This document shows, one piece after another, positions 17,129-25,543 of a DNA stretch of 26,940 bases. Origin of the DNA: a virus. Its lineage: Duplodnaviria; Caudoviricetes. Within the stretch, counting starts at the first letter, position 1, and every line of letters begins with the position of its first letter. The stretch spans positions 1 to 26,940 of IMG/VR virus record IMGVR_UViG_3300037422_000160; one strand, 5' to 3'. Below the pieces are notes generated by a model. It was not told the DNA's origin. It did not search any database and saw only the letters and a program-made list of their open reading frames with translations. Made by a program: the position numbers and the translations under genes.

Positions 17129-17522
17129 CGCTTTCGATTCCTCTCCTTCTCAGTTCGCGCTCGACCCTCGAGCGAGCCCACATAGGGTTCGCTACGACTT
17201 GCACTTCGATGCCGAGAGCATCCGGTTTACCTATAGCGCACAGGAGGTCGTCGGCTATCGACAGCGCGACCGTCGAGCAGCGTCGCTCCAGCACGGTCAC
17301 GAGCCAGTGAAACGACACGCCCGACTCGGTGACGAGCCAACGTTCAGCGAGGTACTGCAGAGGCCCTTTCGTGCCGAAGCCGCCGGGATCCAACTTCACT
17401 CGTCTAGGGTGAGCTCGCTCGTGAGCTTCGATCCACCGCTCGACCAGATGCGCGAGCTCTTCCGTCGGGACCGCCAAGGGTTCTGGCGGTCGCCTACGCC
17501 GGGTAGCCAATCGCTGACACAA
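17070..17522 (-). CDS. Hypothetical protein, possibly HTH-like regulator
   Basis: LQYLAER...SGVS...VALSIADDLLCAIG resembles an XRE-type helical pattern; start uncertain. Confidence 0.55.
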   Translation of the reverse strand: MCQRLATRRRRPPEPLAVPTEELAHLVERWIEAHERAHPRRVKLDPGGFGTKGPLQYLAERWLVTESGVSFHWLVTVLERRCSTVALSIADDLLCAIGKPDALGIEVQVVANPMWARSRVERELRRRGIESDDKFWDWSEHDKAAVRSAA

Positions 17523-17623
17523 GAGCCTCGTGCGATCGGTACAAGAGCATTGGTCACATCGTACTTCACAGCTTCCGGTAGTGGAAGGAACTTGGGCAAG
17601 GGTGCCCTTCCCTGCGATAGTTA

Positions 17624-17655
17624 GTTATAATGACAAGTAAAACGAAAGGAGGAGC
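17624..17655 (+). promoter_or_regulatory. -10 box and strong RBS
   Basis: TATAAT 17626-17631 followed by GACA; AAAGGAGGAG before ATG 17656. Confidence 0.6.
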
Positions 17656-17934
17656 ATGAACCCTGCTCATACGTACGTCTCAAAAGACGTCAAGCCGTTG
17701 GCTGAGTTCCTGGTGCGCCAGGAAAACGTGGAGCTCGTGAAGAAGCCGAGCTTCGTTTCTGTCCAGCGCGACGGCAAGGAGATCGCGCGGCTCCCGATCG
17801 GGCGAACCAAGACGATCTCACTGTCTCACGCCATCCATGACCTAAAGGATCAGTACGTGCAGATCCTCCTGGATCGAGCCAGAGCCGGGGACGTGGCAGC
17901 CATGGAGAGGCTCGACAGGCTGACAGGGGTCTAA
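17656..17934 (+). CDS. Hypothetical protein
   Basis: Own promoter and strong RBS. Confidence 0.75.
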   Translation: MNPAHTYVSKDVKPLAEFLVRQENVELVKKPSFVSVQRDGKEIARLPIGRTKTISLSHAIHDLKDQYVQILLDRARAGDVAAMERLDRLTGV

Positions 17935-17939
17935 GATAG

Positions 17940-17977
17940 TTCACATTCTGTGCCCACTGTGGTATAATGTTCACATG
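17940..17977 (+). promoter_or_regulatory. Near-consensus leaderless sigma70-type promoter
   Basis: TTCACA-17 bp-TATAAT (17963-17968, extended TGn)-GTTCAC-ATG 17975. Confidence 0.8.
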
Positions 17978-18184
17978 ACCACCACCACACCATCCGTGCA
18001 GGACCGCGCCGAGGCTCTGATCCTCGACGCCTACTCCCAGGACTGGGAGCCTCATCCCTCCGACGTTGCGATGGCGCTCATCGACGAGGACGTCGCCTCT
18101 GGCGACCTCGCCCACGAGGACATCGACCTTGCAGCTTCGGAGTACATCGCGATCGCGGCCCGGCTCCTGGGCCAGGAGGTCTGA
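17975..18184 (+). CDS. Small acidic hypothetical protein
   Basis: Leaderless start; D/E-rich helical sequence. Confidence 0.75.
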   Translation: MTTTTPSVQDRAEALILDAYSQDWEPHPSDVAMALIDEDVASGDLAHEDIDLAASEYIAIAARLLGQEV

Positions 18185-18186
18185 GG

Positions 18187-18750
18187 ATGAACGGCGCACC
18201 CGCAGGCCACCAATCGGCTCGCGCAGCTACTCTGCGCCCACAGCCAACTCCCACGCTCGACACTGGCTGTGGGCGCGACTGCGGTGACGAGGCCGTCGAC
18301 TTCCTCCTCGCCTACACCGGCGACAACGAGTTCATCCTCGACGTCAAGAGGCGCTTCGAGTATCGCGGCAAGCTCAGCGTGAAGCAGGCCCAAGCGATCC
18401 TCAAGGCGCGCAATCGTGACATCGAGCGCTCACAGCGCATCGCGGAGCTCCGCGAGCAGGATCGTCAGCTCACGACCTTCACGCAACCCGTGCCCGAAGG
18501 GCGTCACACAGTCGATGTGGAGATCGTCAGCGCAAAGTGGCACTTCGGGCAGTTCGGCGAGTCCCTTCGCATCATCGTGAAGTGGGACCTCAACACCAAG
18601 GCGCTGGGCAACCTGCCCCGCGCGCTCCGCGAGCCCAACGCGAAGCCCGAGGACTACGTCGGCAAGAAGCTCCGGCTGACGGCGACCTTCCAGCCAAAAG
18701 AACACGGCTTCGGCTTCTTCCAGCGCGCCAAGGCTGAGGTGATCTCTTGA
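18187..18750 (+). CDS. Hypothetical protein with helical N-domain and OB-fold-like C-domain
   Basis: RBS AGGAGG; NEFILDVKRRF...GKLSVKQ, then a beta-rich region ending GKKLRLTATF...FGFFQR. Confidence 0.75.
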   Translation: MNGAPAGHQSARAATLRPQPTPTLDTGCGRDCGDEAVDFLLAYTGDNEFILDVKRRFEYRGKLSVKQAQAILKARNRDIERSQRIAELREQDRQLTTFTQPVPEGRHTVDVEIVSAKWHFGQFGESLRIIVKWDLNTKALGNLPRALREPNAKPEDYVGKKLRLTATFQPKEHGFGFFQRAKAEVIS

Positions 18751-19112
18751 GCAACAACAGCTACTGCCCACACTGCATGGAGCTCGTGTGCGAGTGTGAC
18801 GACGTCACTGTCGCCAAGCGTGAGCCGAAGGCGCGCAACACCCACTTCTCGCTCAAAGACGCAGTCGCGCGGCCAAGCCTCACCGTTCGCAAGGAGCGGA
18901 TGCGCGAGGCCAGGATGCCGGGCTACATCTCGCGCGAGTACCAGTCGTACGCGTTCGACAAGGCGACACTCTCCGTGATCAACGGCGAAGTGCTGATCCG
19001 CCACGACGGCTACTCTGCGTTCGTCGACATCGAAGCGCTTCGCGAGATCGTGGACGCAGCGGCGGCAATCGCCCGAGTCCAGCAGCGTGCGCGAAAGAAG
19101 CGGACTAGCTAG
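18747..19112 (+). CDS. Hypothetical protein with N-terminal CPxCxExxCxC motif
   Basis: YCPHCMELVCEC; TTGA overlap, RBS GAGG. Confidence 0.7.
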   Translation: MSNNSYCPHCMELVCECDDVTVAKREPKARNTHFSLKDAVARPSLTVRKERMREARMPGYISREYQSYAFDKATLSVINGEVLIRHDGYSAFVDIEALREIVDAAAAIARVQQRARKKRTS

Positions 19113-19545
19113 CAGCCAGCGCTAGGAGCGCGGCGTCAGCTTCGTCTGGCGTGAGATTCACGCTCCAGCGTAAGCTCATCTCGCGAGTGACGTCAGCCTT
19201 CGTGGCGTTGCCCGCTCCGAGCACTCGTTTCCGGGCCTGTGACACGTTCATCTGCACGACCTCAGCCCGCCGTCGCTCAGCGACGATCATCGCCATCGCC
19301 TCGTAGTACGCGATGCGTCGGATCGTGTTGACGTTCCAAGACACTGACACGCGCTCGACGACGAAGCGACGAGGCTTGTAGAGCATCGCGAGCTTGTGCA
19401 GCTGCTTGTGGAACTCCCACATGTTGTGCGACAGCGTGTGAGCCTTGTCAGCCGTGAATGTCGTGTGAGTCAACAGTGTCCGACCGTCCTGTACGATAGC
19501 GATGCCCGTAGTTCCGCTCGACGGGTCGATGCCGGCAACGATCAC
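19105..19545 (-). CDS. ruvC: RuvC-like Holliday junction resolvase
   Basis: AGIDPS..TGIA, VVE, GAGNATK, DEADA. Start reassigned to GTG 19545 (GTGA overlap). Confidence 0.85.
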   Translation of the reverse strand: MIVAGIDPSSGTTGIAIVQDGRTLLTHTTFTADKAHTLSHNMWEFHKQLHKLAMLYKPRRFVVERVSVSWNVNTIRRIAYYEAMAMIVAERRRAEVVQMNVSQARKRVLGAGNATKADVTREMSLRWSVNLTPDEADAALLALAAS

Positions 19546-19750
19546 GTCGATCGGTACTCGACGTTCGTCACGATCAGCTCGACCTCGCTCTGATTCAGGA
19601 AGTCGACGATCTGCTGAGGCCACTGCAAGTACACGTGCGTGTCGCCCGCTTTGCTTTGTTGCGTGAACGGATGACGAGGATCTCGACGATCAGCCTTTCC
19701 TGCGGCTGGGCGAATGACTGCACTCCGCCAACTGTCGTAAAGCTGCTCAC
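19542..19750 (-). pseudogene. Small gene split by a frameshift
   Basis: Start (GTG 19750) and stop (19542) both sit in GTGA overlaps but in different frames; GCTTT is duplicated at 19648-19657. Confidence 0.55.
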
Positions 19751-20523
19751 CTGCTGCCGCCCGACATCTGCCACTCGTCGACGCGCATTCGCCACTCCTT
19801 CGATAGCCGCTCGACGTGGCCCGAGTAGATGTCGCGAAGCGTGTATAGCAGCGAGAGGTTCGCCTCGTGCTGGGCGACTCGCTCACTCCACTTTTCGACC
19901 TCGGGATCGGCAGCAGCTTCTGCTAACATCACGTGCTGTGGCTTGATCTTGTCTGTGCCGTCGTAATGCGGTGACGTTGCTGCCTCGCGCAGCGCTCTGT
20001 TCTTGTTGTGCTCGGCGAGCCGCTCGGCAGCCTCCTTGTCAGCGCGCTCGATGCCGAGAAGGAACGAGACTCGGGCGAGGTAAGCGCCGTACTCTCCGTG
20101 AAGTTTACGAATCTCACGGTCGCCGACAGTCGTGAAGTCGCGAGGCATCTCGCTCGGCTCGCCAGCCATCGCCGGCGGGACAGGGAGGCCCTGAGCCTGA
20201 ACGAAGCCCTCTGCTGCAGATCGGTAAGGCGTGGGGTCAGGATGCCCAGATTGGAGCTCCCCAGAGCTCTTCTCCTGCACCGGTACAGGCTGAGCCATGG
20301 TATCTATTGTCTCAGTTTTGGACGACCCCTGGGAGCCAGGGGAGAGCACGCCACCCATCTTGAGGATGCGTGTGACGTGGTCTCCCCGCACTCCGCCGTC
20401 GTACGCGTCTTGCGCTTGCTTCAGCAGCACCTCTGCGTCCGCCACTGCATCGCCCGTGTCGTAGACGACGACGCCCTGCGCCTTCGCTTCGATGACGATC
20501 GCTTCGGCCTGCTCGACGTTCAT
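19747..20523 (-). CDS. Hypothetical protein with long helical C-domain (possible UvsY-like recombination mediator)
   Basis: ATG 20523 in an ATGA overlap; YGAYLARV...AAADPEV...ERLSKEWRMR helical pattern; recombination context. Function is a guess. Confidence 0.6.
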   Translation of the reverse strand: MNVEQAEAIVIEAKAQGVVVYDTGDAVADAEVLLKQAQDAYDGGVRGDHVTRILKMGGVLSPGSQGSSKTETIDTMAQPVPVQEKSSGELQSGHPDPTPYRSAAEGFVQAQGLPVPPAMAGEPSEMPRDFTTVGDREIRKLHGEYGAYLARVSFLLGIERADKEAAERLAEHNKNRALREAATSPHYDGTDKIKPQHVMLAEAAADPEVEKWSERVAQHEANLSLLYTLRDIYSGHVERLSKEWRMRVDEWQMSGGSR

Positions 20524-20771
20524 CGCGTCAGTTCGAGAACGTCCACGAGAGCGTCCGGGTTCACCGCGACTCTCGTCGTCGGCGATGTCGAGAGCTTGAG
20601 AAGAGCGCTCCCTTCCTTCGCGTTGCCCCAGTAGCGAACGACCGTCGTCCACTTCTCGCGAACGTCGTGCGTCCTGCCGTCCGCGAGGACAACACGCGAC
20701 CGCAGGACGTCTCCGCCCTCGTCGTCTGCTGCGACCTCCTCGACCACCTCTTCGACCTCTGCTTCGCTCAT
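20520..20771 (-). CDS. Small hypothetical protein with acidic N-terminus
   Basis: ATG 20771 in an ATGA overlap, RBS AAAGGAGG; MSEAEVEEVVEEVAADDEGG... Confidence 0.7.
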   Translation of the reverse strand: MSEAEVEEVVEEVAADDEGGDVLRSRVVLADGRTHDVREKWTTVVRYWGNAKEGSALLKLSTSPTTRVAVNPDALVDVLELTR

Positions 20772-21757
20772 GCCTTTCCTCCTTTCCACCTGTCGAGTAC
20801 GGCCTGTCGTACGAGTGAGTACTCGTAGAACGGGTTCACCTTCCGCGCGCCAGCCACAGCCGCCGACTGCTCGAGCTCTGTGACGCCCTTGCGCACGTCC
20901 TTCTTGCAGTACGACTTGAAGTCGCACCACCTGCACGGGTCCTCCATCCACTGCCACGACGGATCGCGCTCTGGCAGCTCCTCGTCCACAAACTGCTGCT
21001 GCCTTCGCTCCAGCCGTTCGAGCCCAATGTTCACAGCATCCTCGTCGTACTGGATGTAGAACTCCTGCATCGTCATGGGCCTCGCGCGGCTGACGTAGAG
21101 GAGGCTTGCCCCTCTCGCCTTCTCGAAACCCAACTCGTCCCACCCCATCCGCTCGTGGTGCATTCGAGCGAGATATGTCTGCGCTGTGACCTGCTGAACA
21201 TGTCGGAGCTCGGGGCCCTTGTTGCCGGCGATCATCGCCTCGACCACCGAGTGGTCTTTGCCCTTCACGTCGACGGGATGCACAGCGTCCCAGTCAGGCC
21301 GCAGATCGAGGATCGCGTCAAACGAGCACGTCAACCAGTGCTCATGATCCTCGAAGCCCAGCTGCACAGGATCGGTCGGCGGGTGGCTGAGAAGGATCCC
21401 TGCGCTGTACCACCGAGTGACGATCTGAACCTCGATGTCCTTGCCAGCGTCAGAGATCGCGACGAGCGACGGAGATGCTGGCTTCGGGGGAGGGACAGCC
21501 AGCATCTCGTACATCGCCGCTCGATCACAGCTCGCCGCCTCGTGTGACGGGAACCGCGATGCGTGAAAACTCGTGTGCCACCTCTTGCCGTGCGGAGCCT
21601 CTTGGATCGACAGCGCCCATCGTGATCGCGCTACCTTCTCGTACGCTGCTAGCGTGGCACCTACCACGCCTACCTCCCTGCGCTCGTCGAGGAACCCGAG
21701 GGCTCTCCACATCTCAGTTCTGGACGGGATCGTGCCTCCTGACTGCTCCCGATGCAC
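20768..21757 (-). CDS. Cas4-like PD-(D/E)XK exonuclease with Fe-S cysteines
   Basis: HAS...CDR, SFDAIL, DVKG, QTY, C-terminal CRWCDFKSYC. No CRISPR context in the window. Confidence 0.8.
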   Translation of the reverse strand: MHREQSGGTIPSRTEMWRALGFLDERREVGVVGATLAAYEKVARSRWALSIQEAPHGKRWHTSFHASRFPSHEAASCDRAAMYEMLAVPPPKPASPSLVAISDAGKDIEVQIVTRWYSAGILLSHPPTDPVQLGFEDHEHWLTCSFDAILDLRPDWDAVHPVDVKGKDHSVVEAMIAGNKGPELRHVQQVTAQTYLARMHHERMGWDELGFEKARGASLLYVSRARPMTMQEFYIQYDEDAVNIGLERLERRQQQFVDEELPERDPSWQWMEDPCRWCDFKSYCKKDVRKGVTELEQSAAVAGARKVNPFYEYSLVRQAVLDRWKGGKA

Positions 21758-21832
21758 TCCGGAAGCTCCTGTGTGATTGCCGATGCATGGCCAAGGATAC
21801 CTTATTGGTCACCAGATGTGAACCGGAGAAGC

Positions 21833-22114
21833 TCACCCAATCACCCCGGTCACGGACAGAGCCCACAAGACGGGCATGCCTGCCCACCCAGCAGCCAGGA
21901 AGAAAGTCGCGCTCTTCAACGCCGTCAATTTTCGATCAGTATCGCGTCGATCGTCTCCGAACTCGTCGAGAAGCATCGCAAGCTCTTTGCACTTCATCAA
22001 GAGTTTGTCGTTATTCACTCTCAGTTCTGCAATCAACAGGTCCTTCGTGATGTCGCTCGACAGCGGCTCGGGTTTCCTGCCCACAGATGCACTCGAACTC
22101 GAGGCAATCGGCAC
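21833..22114 (-). CDS. Coiled-coil protein with C-terminal TM helix
   Basis: ATFFLAAGWAGMPVLWALSVTGVIG terminus. Confidence 0.6.
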   Translation of the reverse strand: MPIASSSSASVGRKPEPLSSDITKDLLIAELRVNNDKLLMKCKELAMLLDEFGDDRRDTDRKLTALKSATFFLAAGWAGMPVLWALSVTGVIG

Positions 22115-22125
22115 ACAGCACCTTA

Positions 22126-22668
22126 CTAGACATCAGTCCACTTCTCCTCGTAGCGTCGACGATTAGCGTCGAAGTGCTGCTGCTCTCCGATCGCTTTCAT
22201 CGTGAGACCGCCGCCGTTCAGATGGTGGACGACCACGTCAGCATCATAGACGAACTGCACACCCTCGCTTCGCATCCTGCGGATCATGTCGTCATCTTCA
22301 AAGTAGCCGCCCTCGAAGCGCTCGTCGAATCCGCCCACAAGCTCGTACACGTGCCTCGTCATGCAGAAGAACGCGCGAGGCATCCTGTCTCGAGGCTCAG
22401 GCTCAATGGCTGGTGTCACGACTTGCATCTCGTCGAGCCACTCCCACGAGCGGATGGACCCGTGCACGACAGAGCAGTCGTTGTTCGCCACTACAAGCCT
22501 GTCACCGCTCGCCAGCTCGAGCCCACGATTGACTGCCCACGCGTAGCCCTTGCGCTCGTTCGCCATCACGATGATCTCGCCTTCGCCCCGAAGCGAGCGA
22601 ACGCACTCGCGCAGAGCCTCGTCTGCTCCCGACACGCCGACGCAATGCGGTATCACGACGCTGATCAC
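22126..22668 (-). CDS. GT2 family glycosyltransferase
   Basis: ISVVIP, GYAWAVNRGL, VANND, GGFDERFEGGYFEDDD. Start reassigned to GTG 22668. Confidence 0.85.
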   Translation of the reverse strand: MISVVIPHCVGVSGADEALRECVRSLRGEGEIIVMANERKGYAWAVNRGLELASGDRLVVANNDCSVVHGSIRSWEWLDEMQVVTPAIEPEPRDRMPRAFFCMTRHVYELVGGFDERFEGGYFEDDDMIRRMRSEGVQFVYDADVVVHHLNGGGLTMKAIGEQQHFDANRRRYEEKWTDV

Positions 22669-22802
22669 GAGAGTTCGATCCACGTGATAACGCAGCCGCA
22701 GATGCCGCCGATCACGATGAGAATGACGCCGCTAGCCTGATCGAGCTGCGCGATAAGACTGCCAGCGAGAATGCTCCCGAACACGACAATCAGCCCTGTC
22801 AT
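22665..22802 (-). CDS. 45-aa two-TM membrane microprotein
   Basis: ATG 22802 (ATGA overlap); MTGLIVVFGSILAGSLIAQLDQASGVILIVIGGICGCVITWIELS; GTGA overlap downstream. Confidence 0.65.
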   Translation of the reverse strand: MTGLIVVFGSILAGSLIAQLDQASGVILIVIGGICGCVITWIELS

Positions 22803-23533
22803 CCCGTCAACCACCCGGGAGCGTTCGTCTCGACAGCAGCGTGGAACTGCTCGGGCACGACAGGGTGGAGGTTCCGCATCTCGGGCGTCCACTTCAGCCA
22901 CACCTCGTCGTACCACCGAGCCGTGTCAAACTCGCTCGCGTGCTCGAACGTCGTGATCTTCTTAGCCATCTCGACATCGTCTCTCACGTACGAGAGATGC
23001 CACAGCTCGCACGCGTCGACGACGCACGGATCGATTCCGTACGCCAGCCTCCTAGCGTGCTCGAAACGGACTGACGGTCTCACAGCCATCACGGGCTTCT
23101 CTGGCTGCCGCGGCACGATCCTGTAGTTGATGCTCTTCCAGAACACGTGACACCGCGAGGCAGAAAACGCCTCTGCATCCTTGTTGTTGAATGCCGAGTC
23201 GGCCAGGGATGACCACGCGATGAGACCCATCCGCTCGTCAGCGTCGAGCACGTAGACGAGGTCATAGCCCTTGAGCAACTTGAGTCCGTGATTTCGCTGG
23301 TCAGCCTCAGAGTACCAGTCGCCTTCGACCACACAAGCTCCGGCGCGTCGCGCGATGTCTGCAGTCTCGTCCTGCTGCCACTCGCCGTGCCACGGCCTCT
23401 TGGAGACCAAGACCAGATGCTTCTTCACAGCGCCAGAAGATCGGCCGAAGTCAGCCACGTGCCTGCAGCACTCCGCGATGAGCGATCGCTCGTTGAACGC
23501 AAGCGTGAGCACAGCTCTCTTCACGATCTTCAT
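22799..23533 (-). CDS. GT2-like glycosyltransferase
   Basis: LAFNE, EADQRNHGL, YVLDADE, WHLSYVR. ATG 23533 in an ATGA overlap. Confidence 0.8.
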   Translation of the reverse strand: MKIVKRAVLTLAFNERSLIAECCRHVADFGRSSGAVKKHLVLVSKRPWHGEWQQDETADIARRAGACVVEGDWYSEADQRNHGLKLLKGYDLVYVLDADERMGLIAWSSLADSAFNNKDAEAFSASRCHVFWKSINYRIVPRQPEKPVMAVRPSVRFEHARRLAYGIDPCVVDACELWHLSYVRDDVEMAKKITTFEHASEFDTARWYDEVWLKWTPEMRNLHPVVPEQFHAAVETNAPGWLTG

Positions 23534-24330
23534 TTCGCGAGCCACTTCGACTCGTAGTACGCTCGGTTGCTGTAGCGCTCGATCGCCTCGCGCTCACCTT
23601 CGAAGTAGTCCTTGTGAGGCAGCGAGATCGCGTGGTTATCCATGTCCATCAGAACGTACGCACCGTAGGCGTCTGCTCTCCGCGCGAAGTCCATGTTCTC
23701 GTACGCGACGCCCTTGTCGTAGCTCTCGTCCCAGCGAATGCCTTCGTCGATCAGCCGCATATCTATCGACGCCCAATTGGCCTCCCAGTGGTCGGGCATC
23801 ACGCGGCCAACAGGGTTCCCGCTGTCGGGCCTGTGGTAGATCTGGTCTTCGCGAACGTCCCACCACTCGATGTCAGTCGGCTTGTCAAAGTAAGGCTCAG
23901 CGAAGATGGTGTAGTCGCCCTCGAGATCGTGCACAACGGACGGCTCAGCAGCGATCGACGTGAGGCCAGTCACGAGCGCCTTTTGTTCGACGTTCGAGTG
24001 CACATGTGCGAAGCGCTCGAGCCCGTCTGGCGGCGCCCAGATGTAGTCTTGCAGGCTGACGAAGACGTCCATGCCCCACTCAAGCGCGATCTCCGCCGCC
24101 TCGTTGTACGCGGCAGCCAGGTTGCGCATGTTGCCTGTCTGTTTCTCAGGCGGGATCATCTCGACGAGAGGCACGTCCACACGATCTGAGATGTCGCCCA
24201 GAACTTGGCTGCGATTCCGCTCGTCACACACGATCCACATCTGCGGTCTCACGGTCTGCCTAGCGAGAGTGCCCTCGAGAACGTCGAGACCTCCCGGCCT
24301 CATCGTCGGAGTGAACACCGCGATGTTCAC
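23530..24330 (-). CDS. GT2-like glycosyltransferase
   Basis: IAVFTPTMR, LAAAYN, VSLQDY, WDESYD...YENMDFARRA. Confidence 0.75.
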   Translation of the reverse strand: MNIAVFTPTMRPGGLDVLEGTLARQTVRPQMWIVCDERNRSQVLGDISDRVDVPLVEMIPPEKQTGNMRNLAAAYNEAAEIALEWGMDVFVSLQDYIWAPPDGLERFAHVHSNVEQKALVTGLTSIAAEPSVVHDLEGDYTIFAEPYFDKPTDIEWWDVREDQIYHRPDSGNPVGRVMPDHWEANWASIDMRLIDEGIRWDESYDKGVAYENMDFARRADAYGAYVLMDMDNHAISLPHKDYFEGEREAIERYSNRAYYESKWLAK

Positions 24331-24737
24331 GTCTCGTCCCTCAGCGCGATGGGAGTCTTGGAACGCTCGACACGAGCGTCAGCCTTCGACTGCCTCGCGA
24401 GCTTGGCTTTCTCCTCGAAGAGCTTCGCGAACGTGAGCAAGTCTATGTGCACCATCGTCCGCTGCGTGGGTCCGCCAGTGACGACGGCGCCCGCTGTCTC
24501 AGGACCGGCACCGCCAGGCGCGAGGATCGCGTCGTCGACCTCAGCCATCAGCGTCGACAGCCTCGGGAACGGGTCGACGCCAGTCCACTTCAGTGACATC
24601 AGCAGCTCGCCAACCTTGCCGACGTCAAGCTTCGCGTACCACTGGTTGCCGCTGCCGGGCACCTTCTCAGCTCCGAGCAGCGCAGCGACGTCGTCCTCGA
24701 ACGCACGACCCGCCTTGATTGCGCGATCGTCGATCAC
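24327..24737 (-). CDS. Hjc-like PD-(D/E)XK nuclease / resolvase
   Basis: GRAFEDDVA, PGSG, KLDV; the ExK motif reads SLK. Confidence 0.65.
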   Translation of the reverse strand: MIDDRAIKAGRAFEDDVAALLGAEKVPGSGNQWYAKLDVGKVGELLMSLKWTGVDPFPRLSTLMAEVDDAILAPGGAGPETAGAVVTGGPTQRTMVHIDLLTFAKLFEEKAKLARQSKADARVERSKTPIALRDET

Positions 24738-25543
24738 GCCTTACCGATCTTGGTGAGCAGAGACTTCATGCCCAGGCTCTCGTAGATCGTCGACAGACTC
24801 TCGGGCTTGTAGCGGCCAGAGTAGCACTTCAGCTTCTCGGGATCCTTGACGCCCATGCTGACGAGCCGCACGTTGCGCACGTAGGCTGCGAGCTGTTCTG
24901 GAGTGAGATCCAAGTCGCCACCGTCCTCCTCGTACTGTTTCACAACGGCTTTCGCCTGACTCGGCTTGAGGATGCCGGGCACCGAGTCCGTCGGGTCGCC
25001 AGCAAGAGCGAGGTACATCGCGTACTGCCGCGGCTGCATTCCGAAATCGTCGTAGAAGTCCAGAGACGTGAGCTTGTCCTTGCCCCACACCATTGACACG
25101 CGGTCCGTGTCCAGCAGCGCCTTGAAGTCGTGGTCCTTCGACATGATGAAGCACTCGTCTTCTGTGAGCACGTCACGCACCAGCGTGGCGATCACGTCGT
25201 CAGCCTCGGTGCCAGGACACGACGTGTCGACGTAGCCCATCCCGTCGACCCACATGTGAAAGAAAGACTTGTGGTCGAGCGCGGTAGCCGAGTCGTACCA
25301 TCGAGCGACCGTGTTGCCCTCACGCCCTGACTTGTACTCTGAGAACAGTTCGCGCTTGACAATAGTGCCGCCGTCGTCCCAGCAGACGTAGACCTGATCA
25401 GCGTTCCAGAGCTTCACGGCTGCCATGATACTTCGCCACGAACCGTACAGCGCGCCAGTCGGGTAGCCGTTGTGCGACAAGTGCCCCATCTTCGCAGCGT
25501 TCGCAGCGTAGACCATGGACACGTCGACGATCAAGTAGCTCAC
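24734..25543 (-). CDS. 5'-3' exonuclease / flap endonuclease (Pol I N-terminal, T4 RNase H-like)
   Basis: LIVD, CWD, YKSGR, EADDVIA, SKDHDF, LAGDPTDSVPGI. Confidence 0.9.
   Translation of the reverse strand: MSYLIVDVSMVYAANAAKMGHLSHNGYPTGALYGSWRSIMAAVKLWNADQVYVCWDDGGTIVKRELFSEYKSGREGNTVARWYDSATALDHKSFFHMWVDGMGYVDTSCPGTEADDVIATLVRDVLTEDECFIMSKDHDFKALLDTDRVSMVWGKDKLTSLDFYDDFGMQPRQYAMYLALAGDPTDSVPGILKPSQAKAVVKQYEEDGGDLDLTPEQLAAYVRNVRLVSMGVKDPEKLKCYSGRYKPESLSTIYESLGMKSLLTKIGKA

Noticed and set aside
17396-17599. 67-aa minus-strand ORF MPKFLPLPE...
   Set aside because: Overlaps the more protein-like 17070-17522 ORF in another frame and runs into the divergent promoter region; not excluded but unsupported.
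20768-21757. Cas4-like gene as evidence of a CRISPR-Cas system
   Set aside because: No repeat-spacer array or other cas genes seen; solo Cas4-like nucleases are common in phage recombination modules.
22087-24756. Several plus-strand ORFs of 120-220 aa
   Set aside because: Antisense to glycosyltransferase and nuclease genes that have clear motifs.
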